Positions 48,361 to 59,714 of a DNA stretch of 64,000 bases are shown here, one piece after another. The position numbers and the translations under genes were made by a program. Source of the DNA: Klebsormidium nitens (lineage: Eukaryota > Plantae > Klebsormidiophyceae); the NCBI GenBank assembly GCA_000708835.1, contig DF237062.1, positions 124,001 through 188,000 of the forward strand, in the 5' to 3' direction. Every line of letters starts with the position of its first letter. Position 1 is the first letter of the stretch. The notes under the pieces were generated by a model that saw only the letters and a list, made by a program, of their open reading frames with translations, did no database searches and was not told the DNA's origin.

Positions 48361-48813
48361 TAAGGGCCTGGTCGCATGCCACCAAAATCGACAGAATCTG
48401 TCGGTTTTGGCAAGCAGTCATAACCGCGTGCGACCGAGACTCGGCCAACACTCGAAAAGGTACAATTCGATCGCGTGATCGTACCGTTAAAACCAACACA
48501 ATCTGGGGGCTAGCCAAAAGTGCCAGTCAGAATCTGTTGGTCCCAACATTCCAAACCGGGGACTCTCATGGTCTCGATTCACAGACTGGTTTAACCCGGT
48601 AGAGGCTCGGTATTTCCATCTTTTTATTTTGCAATTAAAAAGCATTTGTTTTGTACTGAATCATTGGGGTCGCCAATACTTTTTCGAACCACCGTCGAAA
48701 ACCTACCTTTCGAGCGCTCCGTCCGTACCCGAACCGTACAGTCCGAACCAAAGTCAACCCACTACATTCTGTCGGAAATGTGTCGATTTTGGCGGCATGC
48801 GACCAGGCCCTTA
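48361..48813. mobile_element. MITE, ~450 bp, 33-bp terminal inverted repeat
   Basis: taagggcctggtcgcatgccaccaaaatcgaca versus tgtcgattttggcggcatgcgaccaggccctta (1 mismatch). The termini read either as TA|AGGGCC or as TAA|GGGCC...GGCCC|TTA (PIF/Harbinger-like). Confidence 0.82.
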
Positions 48814-48831
48814 CCACGGTTATACCATAGG

Positions 48832-49020
48832 TCTCGATTTCATGTTGAGTAAGGGCATGTTGACTAAGGGAAAGCACCCGGGGGACGGTAGGGTTGGTAT
48901 GGGGGTTAGGGTGGGTACGGGTTCGGAGCGGGTGTCATTTATCGGTTTAGGTTTTTAGGTTGTTCGTGCCCCCGAGCACTATCTTTAGTCAACATGCGCT
49001 TAGTCAACATGAAATCGAGA
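48832..49020. mobile_element. 189-bp element with 36-bp internally repetitive TIRs and the G-rich core
   Basis: tctcgatttcatgttgagtaagggcatgttgactaa versus the reverse complement of ttagtcaacatgcgcttagtcaacatgaaatcgaga (2 mismatches). Each arm holds two catgttgaStaa units. Confidence 0.8.
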
Positions 49021-51652
49021 AGTATCCTACTACTGGTACCATGTAGCCATATTACTAGAGTAGGTAGGTACCTAGATGTCACGACTCACGACTCACCATG
49101 GTGACTGGTCCATACTGGCAACTCTCGTGTGGCCTAACGGGCGTCTGTGCAGTGTGCACATAAGATCAAATATAGGTAGTAGGTACCTAATATTAGGATC
49201 TGCTTCGGATTAGTCAAAGTAACTGAATTCCTTGATTTAACAAACACTAAAGTCTAAAACCCTAGGGCCTAGGGACAAAATGATTTGCTCCGCAACCGAA
49301 CCCACCCTAACCGTTACTAGGCTAACCATCAAACTAACCCCATCCGTCTCCTAACAAACCGTCCCTGTTTCTTGTTACGGTAGGTACTACGGTACTAAAG
49401 TTTGTCCCCATCTGCACACCGTACGGCGTACACGCCTCTGAACTTTGAAGATACGGTATCCATCAAGTTTAATACCAATATTAGGATCAAATACGGATAA
49501 GGAAGTACCCGGGGCAGCAACCTAGCTAAAAACCCTAACAAACAAACATGACGCGCTCCGCACCTGAGCCCACCCTAACCACCATACCAACCCCACCCGT
49601 TCGCCGGGCGTGTCTTAAAGGTATTACCTAGATCCTTTAGGTATTAAACTTTATCCTTATACCTACTTTGAAGTCACACGAGACTCGGAGTTCGAAGTTG
49701 CCAGAGTGTTACCTACGGTACTAGGTACCTAGGCATCAGGGGGTACCCATTGATCGTTCCTACATTTGCAGACGGTGGGTGTGGAATGTCAACGTTTGTG
49801 TCACAGCTTGACTGAACAATATTGATTTGAGTCGGTTGACACCTTATCTGCTTGCGGCACCGGTGTGAATCATGCCATCTGCAATGTGCATGATGCACTC
49901 CGGGCCAAGGTACCTACCTCCGTACTGGCAATATACTGGTATTATTGTACCGTTGAGTTTTGACTTGGACTTCTGCTGCATGCAAGCAGCAAGCTGTGCA
50001 TGGCTTTGGAACTTGGAAGGAGCTGGTCAAGCGGGAGAAAGGAGAACGAGTGAGAACTTAGAAGAAAGGAGACGAAGGCGCTCTTTGCTTTGACGCTACA
50101 GGCGCCACGAATCAGGTGAGTGCAATGGCGCCTTCCGTCCTGCCATGCATCCTGTGCTGCTTTTATCCTTTTGGAAGACCAAGCTTTCTGCTTGCCTTAG
50201 GTGTATCTGTTGAAGGAAATGGCGTTCATAGATTGGTAGGCGACTGGCTCTTGTCGGAGACCTGGGGCTTGTGATGATGCAAAATTGCGTGTGCCATACC
50301 TGTCTGCTTCCAGGGAACTCTGTGGAAGCAACAGCAGGAAACAAGCCTATCAAAGTCCGCTTGTTGGCAGCTATTGGCATTGCGAATTTCAGTCACCACT
50401 TTACTTGGTCATCCAAATGCATACACAGTATTGCTTGCTCCTGATTGTCTGAGTGGCCGCAGAGATGCCTATTTGTCCGGCATTGGTTTACCAGTGTGGT
50501 GGTTGCTTTCACGTCCATAGTCTGCATTTATTTTTGTCCAAACGCAATCTGTGAAATGCTGCGAGCACTGCTGCTCTTTAACCACTTGACAGAATGCTTC
50601 CATATGGCTGGGCCTTACACGCCAAGATAAGCAGAAGGCTGTCCGCTGGAAATGCTGAGGAAGTTCGCGCTCACCTCCTGCAAGTCTCGTCTTCCTGGAG
50701 CTTTGTAAACCGCGAAATTTGTATGTCCAAGCAGCTACCACATTTGGTCTTGATTGTCCTTTTCCCACCTTTTTGGAAGAGGGAGCAACCGTTAGCCCAG
50801 CTAGTTGCAGGGACTCCGCCCTCCAGCCTCCATGCCCTCTCGTCCGCCATCCAACAATCCTCAGCAATTGACCAACAAGCAATCCATGCAGACTCTGTGT
50901 TCGCTAACTGAAGTTCATTCACTGTCATGACAAGCTGGGGATTTGCTCAATAATCCCCAGAGTAGAAATAGGTGGCTCTGCTGCCTGCATCATCTGTTAC
51001 CATACGACATGCACTGTTTATGCATCTCATCAGCATAAACAAATCCACACTACCTGCATTCTGTTTCAATGCATTAGAGCCTTTGCACAGTCCTTTCTTC
51101 AGGTCAGAAGAAGCACTTGCTGCTAGCAGATGAGAGTCTCTGTCCATATTACATCATGACCACACATTGTATCTGAGCAACGAACATCTATACCAGCAAG
51201 TTCTAGAGCTGCTTTTGAGGCTTTCTTCTCCCTCCTCTACTTGCCCCTTTATCAGAACTCGAAACACTACTGTTGCAATCCTGTCGGCAGGTCTGAAGCT
51301 ATTGGGCGGCTTCTATCGCCAGCATTCCAATTAGTGCATATAAGCCCTGTTTCAAAGGCCTCTGCTTTCTCGCTTTCACTTCCTCATCCACCATCCAGGT
51401 ATCCAGATTCTGAAGGGAGCGCCTAGCTGCCTTCACCGACCCTCCATATCCTGGTTCATTTCCAGCATTGGATCTCTCAGATCTGGTCTCTCTATTCCCC
51501 CTCACAGAAGCAGAACTCCTCTGCCAGTTCCTACTTTCAATCTCTCTCTCTCCTTATGTGACCAGAAGTGTACCTCATGCTCAAGAGTTCTTCTTACCCC
51601 TCTTCTGCAGAACCCCCCCTCCAACAGCACTCCCCAGACCCCCCCTCCAACC

Positions 51653-54255
51653 ATGGCGGCTTTCAAGCTCCTCTTGGTGGTGTCCCTGTGCCTGGCGGTC
51701 TCTGTCAGCGCTCAAACGCCGCGCCTGGATCCCACCATGTTTACGTGCCCCACCGGCTTCATTCCATTCGTCAGCAGCTTCCGGGATACGGATGTCGGAT
51801 GTGTGCCAGACCCATGCGTCGGAGCTTGCGTCGGAGGTAAGGGCTACAAATTGGCTTGACATTGCTCTTTAGGTTGCTCATTGTTTTGGTCTTTGACTGG
51901 TTGAGGGGCAAGTTGTTTGGGCTTCTCCTGCTGCCTTTCTTGAGTTTGCAACCTTCGGGGACCGCTTGTGCCCCTGCGTTGTCTCTGCCGCAACTGGTTG
52001 CTTTATTTCAAGGGGATGTCTGTGACTCTGTCTCTGGGTTACGTCTGACTTTGCCATGAAGCAACATGTGGTCAGAAGGTCTCTTTAGACAAACAGTTGC
52101 GAGTGTGCAGACTGCAATCCGGATGTCTCGCATAATCAGATCCATCCAGGTCTTTTTACAATAACAACCTGTGTGGAAATATCATTCTTTTAAGAGGCTG
52201 GATCTTGAGCTGCTTGGGGGCCCTTTGTGTAGGCACATGCACGAGAAGCTCGAGAGGCGCCTCTGGCTTCAGCTTTACTGCCAACCTCTGCACCTGCCAG
52301 GCGCCTGCTGTGGTGTCGCAGATTGTAGGAAGCGACTTCTGCTATGTGCCAGGTGGGCCGCACTGCTCTGATAAACTCCCTGTCATTTTCTCGGAAACTA
52401 CTTGTAGTTAGGTCGAAGGTGGAGCTCTGGATTGTCCAAGCCGGTTGCTTCTTTCGTGCGCAAAGAAAGTCGGCGGTTGATCATATTTGGTGGTTATCAC
52501 CATGGTTGCAGCCCGGTTAAAAGAACTGGGAAATCAAGTCTATACACTGGGCCTGATAGCAGCTAAACCCTTCCTGCCAAAAATTGCGGACAGCGTGCCT
52601 GAAGCAATGAAGCTTGTGTCAAGTACCAGGCCGTGGCAACCTGGGCTCTGTGCCCCTTTGACTGTTCCTGAGTAAGATCTAGTACTTCTTCAGAGTTTGA
52701 ACGTTCTTTAGAAGAAGCATCCATAGAGGCGCTGAGAGAGACACAGAAGAGGACAACTGTACGGAGCATTTCAGTCAGCACTTCCCTTTGGAATGACCAT
52801 CCTCAGGCAAACTTTGCTTGCGACAAGAGTCAGAAAGTTGCGAGTCAACATGAAGGTATCCACCTCTGGGTCATATAAGAGGCTATTCGCTCTGTGACAT
52901 GCTGTCTTTTCGAAAAGCTCTGTACACTACATTAGGTTCTATGTTGTACCTTGTCGGGTCACTTTAGGTGCCCTCTCCTCCTATGTCCTCTCTACCAGCT
53001 TTCGTGGTGTCAATGGCCACCTTCATACTCTTGATGTCCATTCAAGTGAAGCATCCACCTTCGCTGAGCCAATTCCGCCATTACTGCTTCCGTTCTCAAA
53101 GAGGTCTAACCAGCAACCAGATTCATTTCCACTTCATCTGGTGCTGCCACCCAGACTCCACGTCAGTCACACCAGCATGAAGCGAGACTCACTCCTGCAA
53201 CTGCAACGTAATCTGCAGGCACCAACGTGTGTAACCCCAGCCCCTGCAAGAACGGTGCCACGTGTGCCCCCGTGAGGGACTTCGTCGGCCAGATGGGAGC
53301 CTACACCTGCACCTGCCCTCGCAACTACTACGGCCGTAACTGCGACATCATGTAAGCGCCCCGCCTCAGAACTGCAAGGTTTTGCTGTTGCTATTGTAGA
53401 GTTTTGACATTAGTCAGCACCTGCTGCACTCCAAGGGACTTTCTTTGCCATGCTTTCGCTCCTTTGACGCTTCTTGAGCCAAGGGTTTGGTTCGCTTTGC
53501 TTGGGTCCCTGCTCCTTTGGCTGCTGCAAGTTTCGTGCATCATCCAATACCTTACGAGGACTGTATCATGTGCGGCGGTTGCATTCATTTCGGAAAAGGG
53601 GACTGTGTGTGAGGCGGCCACTCAATGCTCTGCTTGCTGCGACGTTGGCACTTCGCTTCGTAAGCAGAGGTTGCATGTTCATTGATCAACTCTTGTTGTT
53701 ACTCCGACCAACCCTTTTGTCCTTGTTTACAGGGGCCCGTTCCCGACCCCCACCCCCAAGGGCATGCCTGCTCCGAGCGGACGTAAGTTTTAAAGCCAGA
53801 CTTTCTGTCATTCTTCCACACCTTCATGCTCTTCATGTTTTCAGCGCCCTGGATGACAAAGGCAACTCGTTTGCTAGCCTTCTTGTCCAACAAAAACGGG
53901 TAATATAGTTGTTTTTACTTGAGCAATTTGCAATTGGCGATGCAACACGGTAGATCGGCCCTGCATCCGTTTAGGGTGTTGCCGGGCATGAAGAGGACCA
54001 AGCAGTGCGAAAGCCAGAATAACCAAAGTCGGTTCAATCATTTCGGCGCTGTTTCAGGGCCGTTCCGATACTCCTAGCTTGTGAATTCCGAGCGGGAATG
54101 ATTATAAATCAGCATTTGTAGAACATATGAAGCGCGGCGGATGGGGAATCTTTGCTCTCAGGTCCTTCGCTTTAACACCTCCAGCAGCTTTGGAGACTCA
54201 ACCCTATGCTCTACCTCTTCTTGCAGCGGCAGCGGATCCTTACACGACCTTCTAA
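51653..54255 (+). CDS. Small secreted Cys-rich protein with EGF-like modules and a Pro-rich tail, ~171 aa
   Basis: Exons 51653-51836, 52233-52352, 53219-53351, 53733-53782, 54227-54255 (516 nt, in phase). Signal-peptide-like start MAAFKLLLVVSLCLAVSVSA. Exon 3 encodes VCNPSPCKNGATCAPVRDFVGQMGAYTCTCPRNYYGRNCD, a canonical six-Cys EGF. Confidence 0.8.
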
Positions 54256-55811
54256 GACGCCTAACCCCGCCGGTAGCCTCCAATTAAAGCTGAGATTTGA
54301 AACAGGATTTTGCGGCTTCATTGACCAGATGAGGAGAGTATCATCGGTTGTTTAGCAACCTTGAATTTATTTAATTGATTTGGATTAAAGTAATTTGATT
54401 TGATTGTCGCCTAACCTTAGCTGAATGGTCGCAGACCGCCAGCTTAAGTTATCTAGAAATAAGGATACGGGGAAGAGAACAACGTGTCCGCCAGAGTCCG
54501 AGATGCTAATCTACTGTCAGATCGAGTCTGGTTTGAGTAGCTAGTGTAATGTCGCTTTGCTGATGTCGAGAATAATTGCAAACAGACAGGTGCGTTCTAG
54601 GACATTTGCCTTGTTTACTCGTCTTGCTTATCATTGATACCTGATCTGTTCCATTTTATCCATTGGTAAAGTCGGAATTGGCTGTTTGGCTGCACTGTGA
54701 TACGATTGATCGACATGAATCGCATTTTCGGTGCAAAGCGGAACTTGCGATCAGGCTCGTGCCTCATGTCAGCGTTCAAGGCCGCAATTGCGTCGAGTGA
54801 AATTATGGTGGTCCGAGATCTCCGTTCTGGTTCGACGCCGTCGTCGATCAAATTCTATAAGGTACTTAGGAATCGATAGCTCCTTATTCCCCAAAACTCA
54901 TGCAAATGCTTGCAACTCTATGTTGTGTAATTCAAAACCATTTTCGCTTGAGCACTTGGTACTTGCATGCGCATCAGCGCGTCGGCCCTCCATACGCTTG
55001 TAGTTTATCTTTTGCGCAAGCTTTGTTGCTAGATAATTAACTCTGTGGCTCCCTTATGATTATATGAAGAACATGACCATGTTCGGAACGCGATCGTCAT
55101 CATTGGATCATCTCGCGAGATGATCCAAGGCGCACGCGCGCGTGCGCCGCTTCATGTTCGTTTATGTGCATCTCCGAAACTACTAACAACTGGATCGGCT
55201 GCCTGCACGTATATACACTTGGGGTTTTGGTGACGTAGCTGCAATCTATCCTCTCCTTGGTGGACGTGGTTTGTATGTAAGTGCACATGAGGTATCGTAC
55301 GCCAGGGCCGCCCATTGATGGCTTTCAAATAGCTTAAGTGCAACTCATATTTGAATATGTAATATGCAACTTAAGATCTTAAGTTACATGCACTAGCTTA
55401 GGCTGCATCGCTTGGACTCACACATGCCAAAATAGCAATCCTCATGCTAGACCACATATGGTTCGTCGCATGTCAGCGTGGAGGCACGAAGTTGAGCTTA
55501 TGAAATCTGTATGTAAGACTCAAATTGAGTACACGACATGCTGCATAAGAGTGCATGCATCCGAAAATCGTAGAATCGGGCCTTCTTCAGATTTATGTAA
55601 TTCTTTCATTCATAACAAAGTCTGCTATTCAGTGTACTACATTCAAACCGCAACAGGTTGACTTGACGTACGTATTCAGTTTCTATAAACGCTCTATCTC
55701 CAGGTGACCAGGTCTTTCAAACTCCAATGGTTGCCTCCGCCTGACGAAGATGGCAGAACGTGCAAAGCTCATCAGCGTACAGTCGGTTCCGCTTTCAACG
55801 AATCCGGTTCC

Positions 55812-56841
55812 CTAGAAGCCAGCAAACTTCGCCAGCTCTACTGTTCCAACGGGCAGTTGGTAGCTCGCACACTTCAGCGTCACATGGCCTAGGTTTTCCT
55901 TCCACTGAGATGACAGAGCCGCGGTGGCGGCCGCGCCACCGGCATGAAGCACGAGAAAGACCAGCAGCTTCTTGAAGGGTTTGGCGGCCGCGGGTGAGCC
56001 GCCGAACCAGTCCCAGGTACCTGAACGGCGGCGCTCAGGGAGGAGCCCCTGGCGCAGAATGCAGTCGACGTTGGCCTCCGGCGTCCCGTGAAACACGGAC
56101 TGCAGCGGGGCGATGTCGCCCCAGGCGTCCTTGTACCGCGCGGGCCTTGGCTCCAGCTGCGGAAGGAACAGAGATTTCGTGTGCCAGCTGGCATGGAGCC
56201 GTCAGACTTTGGCCACGTCAGTGACCGAGCTGACGATTCCCACGAACTTTCGTACTATGTCGGAAAATCAATTCTGGCTCGTATACAAGATGGCGTAGCA
56301 AAAATGGCACGAGAGGATGTTTCGGTTCGAAATTGCTGGGACGTTGTCACTGCTCCTCGAAGCGCCATCCAAACGCAAAGATGACTTGAATCAAAACGCA
56401 TCCCAGATGCGACCATTAGACCGTAAAGACTTTCAACTCACAGCTTGCCACCTGCGTATCCAACCAAGACTAGTAAAAATGGCTCAGGACCCGCTCTTAA
56501 GCCAAGTGTCACTATTTGGTGGAGAGACCTGACACGCTTGTCTAAGTTCAGCTCTCGCTTTCAGAAGTTCGCCAATTCAGAATAAGAGACGAAAAAGGTC
56601 GATTACTCATCATTGACTGTTTGATGATACCAGTTACAAAGGTGCGACGGCGCATTACCAACGTACCTTCCAAAATGAGGCGGTTCTCGTGCAGCCGAGC
56701 AAGGAAACGGTCGCGGAGGGTCCCGGACAGAGCGTGGGGGTTGCGCACAAAGGAGGACGGCCAGACGTAGCCGGACCAGCGGGACAGGTACTGTTGAACG
56801 AAGTCTTCGGACAGGATGTGCGCGAGCATGTCCTCCATTTC
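55812..56841 (-). CDS. Putative PARP-like ADP-ribosyltransferase-fold protein (partial model)
   Basis: An exon ending at stop 55812 reads SVFHGTPEANVDCILRQGL...GTWDWFGGSP...KKLLVFLVL...HVTLKCASYQLPVGTV. An upstream exon from 56841 reads MEDMLAHIL...VRNPHALSGTLRDRFLARL. The junction between them was not resolved. Confidence 0.5.
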
Positions 56842-58699
56842 CTGCTTGTAAGGTGAAGCAGATAATCCTGAGTATCAGAAGATTGCCCACAAACAGAAAC
56901 TAGGGTGATAGATTTGCACGTTGAAGTCAAGTCTATCCGCGGGAGCAGCGTAGAGCTCAGCTTGATGTCTTGTACAAACTTTGGAACTTCGCAAAGGGTC
57001 CGGGTCAAGTGTTGCCACACGCTTCAGTTTTGGAGGACGTCTGCTCGAAGTCAAGGAGGCTCGTTCTAGCTATTTGCCCGTTGGAAAGGTCAATAAAGAT
57101 CCAGAGGTTGCAAGGTGGGCAGAAAATTCAGCAGGGCGTAGTTAAACATTGCTTTGATCCATGCAATGCTCACCTTCTTCATTTCGTCCTGCTCCTACTT
57201 CACGGAAACCGATCCCATCGCAGCAAACTGCAACTTATAAATCTTGAGTACTTGGTTCGGTGGGGCTAGGTATCATACTTTTTCTGCCACAAGGGTGCAA
57301 ATCAAACGGCTTACGAGACTGTCATCTAAGTTTAAAAATGAAGCGACTGATCAATATCTGACCAACCATGATCTGAAGTACGCGCAACGGGATCCCCCCC
57401 GTTCCCCTTGCCTGAATATGTTGCCTTCTTACAAAAGTACCTTTGGGAAACTAGGTATAGCATGATGAACATGGTCCATCAGAGGCACGTGATTATATAG
57501 TTCCGAGTCTCGCTCTGACCAATTTTTACATTTCGCTCAGCAGCAATGCTGCAACGTCATGATGAAAGGTGCTGGGTGGAGTACTCCGAGCCGGACCCGA
57601 CCAGTCTCAGGCCTGCAGAGGGCTTCCGTGCCTCCGCTTTCTAAATGGATCAGGTTCATCCAGCTCAAAGTTTTGTCTCAATAACTCAACATTGGCAAGA
57701 GTTGCCCGGAGCTGTTATGTCCTCACCTTTTACCAGCGCCCACAACTTGAGTGCTTAGACGGAGAAAAGTGGCCCAAGAGAAGGACAAGACCAGTTACGC
57801 TGGAGTACGGTCTGTCCGATTCAATCCGGCGCTGCTGGCACAGCCGATTGTCCGTTAAACCGCTTGGTGGTTCGATTCGAAGAAACAAAGGATTGGTCTC
57901 TGGAATGTGGGCGGTGGGCAAAGCTGCTAGCTGCTAAGCTAGAGAGCTTGAGTTGTGAAGTAAGGCGGCTTCTTTCTTGCCAAAATAGAAAAATACTACG
58001 GTGAGTGCGTGCTTACTACGCGTCTCCTGGCAAAGCTGTAATCATGTAATCACCACTGAACTCCCAGGATTGCTGCAATCTGGGTACAAGCCATTGATAC
58101 TCTTCCCGTACGTCAGCCTCTACAGTCGTCTTACACTGGGGCCCCTCCGCAATGTCAAGAGGACCACTGGTCCACGGCTCTGTTTGCTTAGTGTGGGGGC
58201 TTCGGGGGGTCCACGAACTACATCAATGAAATCCGGGAGGCGCTTCGCCCCCCAACCGGTGCAGTAGGCGGCGCCAGTCTGCATGCAAGCACTAAGATAG
58301 GCCGTTCTGCAAGAATGTCAACCCCATGAATCACTGGTTGACGAGTGAGGCACTGGCTTCTGCCCCGCTTCTGCATGTCGGATCTTCCGATGATCTACTG
58401 TAGCAAGTGCTTTCGATCTTTGTGGTTGGAGACGGAATGTGAGAGGCCAAGACTAGAGCTCTGAATTAAAGGAGGGATCAGCATTTGAAGGCATGCATCC
58501 AGAGCATCTGAACTATCTGGTCGACAGCGATGAACCTGCATCGAGTCTCGACCGTACGATCGTCGCTATGCCAATCTCATCGACGGAGTTTAATGATTAA
58601 TCGAAGCCTGAGGTAGCGGGTTGCCACCCTCGATCTGCTCTTCAATTTGCAGGGGCAGCAAGCGCAAGCCTGCCACAGCTACCGAGCTAGCCAGATTTG

Positions 58700-59356
58700 N
58701 NNNNNNNNNNNNNNNNNNNNNNNNNNNNNNNNNNNNNNNNNNNNNNNNNNNNNNNNNNNNNNNNNNNNNNNNNNNNNNNNNNNNNNNNNNNNNNNNNNNN
58801 NNNNNNNNNNNNNNNNNNNNNNNNNNNNNNNNNNNNNNNNNNNNNNNNNNNNNNNNNNNNNNNNNNNNNNNNNNNNNNNNNNNNNNNNNNNNNNNNNNNN
58901 NNNNNNNNNNNNNNNNNNNNNNNNNNNNNNNNNNNNNNNNNNNNNNNNNNNNNNNNNNNNNNNNNNNNNNNNNNNNNNNNNNNNNNNNNNNNNNNNNNNN
59001 NNNNNNNNNNNNNNNNNNNNNNNNNNNNNNNNNNNNNNNNNNNNNNNNNNNNNNNNNNNNNNNNNNNNNNNNNNNNNNNNNNNNNNNNNNNNNNNNNNNN
59101 NNNNNNNNNNNNNNNNNNNNNNNNNNNNNNNNNNNNNNNNNNNNNNNNNNNNNNNNNNNNNNNNNNNNNNNNNNNNNNNNNNNNNNNNNNNNNNNNNNNN
59201 NNNNNNNNNNNNNNNNNNNNNNNNNNNNNNNNNNNNNNNNNNNNNNNNNNNNNNNNNNNNNNNNNNNNNNNNNNNNNNNNNNNNNNNNNNNNNNNNNNNN
59301 NNNNNNNNNNNNNNNNNNNNNNNNNNNNNNNNNNNNNNNNNNNNNNNNNNNNNNNT
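58700..59356. other. Assembly gap (657 N)
   Basis: Run of N. The same 12-mer, tagccagatttg, lies immediately on both sides. Confidence 0.99.
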
Positions 59357-59714
59357 AGCCAGATTTGAAGAAGGTAGCTGCAGCATACCTATATGCTTCA
59401 ACACCTTCCTAGGATTGCGCAATGGGTGCCAATTGCACTAAATCATAATAGCGGCATTTAAAAGCTGAAGGTCCTAGGAACCTTTCTAGGAACCTAGCCT
59501 GCACGGTCCTTCTCATCTTTTGATCCCAGGGTTTTATCCTTTGCGGGCAGGGCCAACAATTGAGCTGGCTGGCCTGTCTGCAAAAGTTGCACGAGCCAGA
59601 GCTTTCCGTAAGGGGGTCAATGGAGAGTTTCTGCTGCACAGCATTGCAGCAATTCTGAGTCTCTGGCGCTCGACGCTGCTCATGCTACTGGCGCCCCAGC
59701 GCTGACTTCAACAG

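Larger units (their letters stand above)
46930..49960. mobile_element. Intergenic nest of non-autonomous DNA-transposon (MITE-like) elements
   Basis: Three clear inverted-repeat pairs, three copies of the G-rich core and very dense TA/GTAC/GGTA motifs. There is no credible ORF. Confidence 0.7.

Noticed and set aside
48880-49610. TTAGGG/CCCTAA words suggesting interstitial telomere
   Set aside because: Single words within the G-rich core, not tandem arrays.
55364-55397. Palindrome aacttaagatcttaagtt followed by CTAG, resembling a Helitron 3' end
   Set aside because: The hairpin is AT-rich, CTAG is followed by C rather than T, and no matching 5' TC end was found.
57244-57937. Short coding-looking + strand ORFs
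   Set aside because: No motifs and no consistent splice model.
58621-59441. 223-264-aa ORFs made of X
   Set aside because: Artefacts of translating the N gap.
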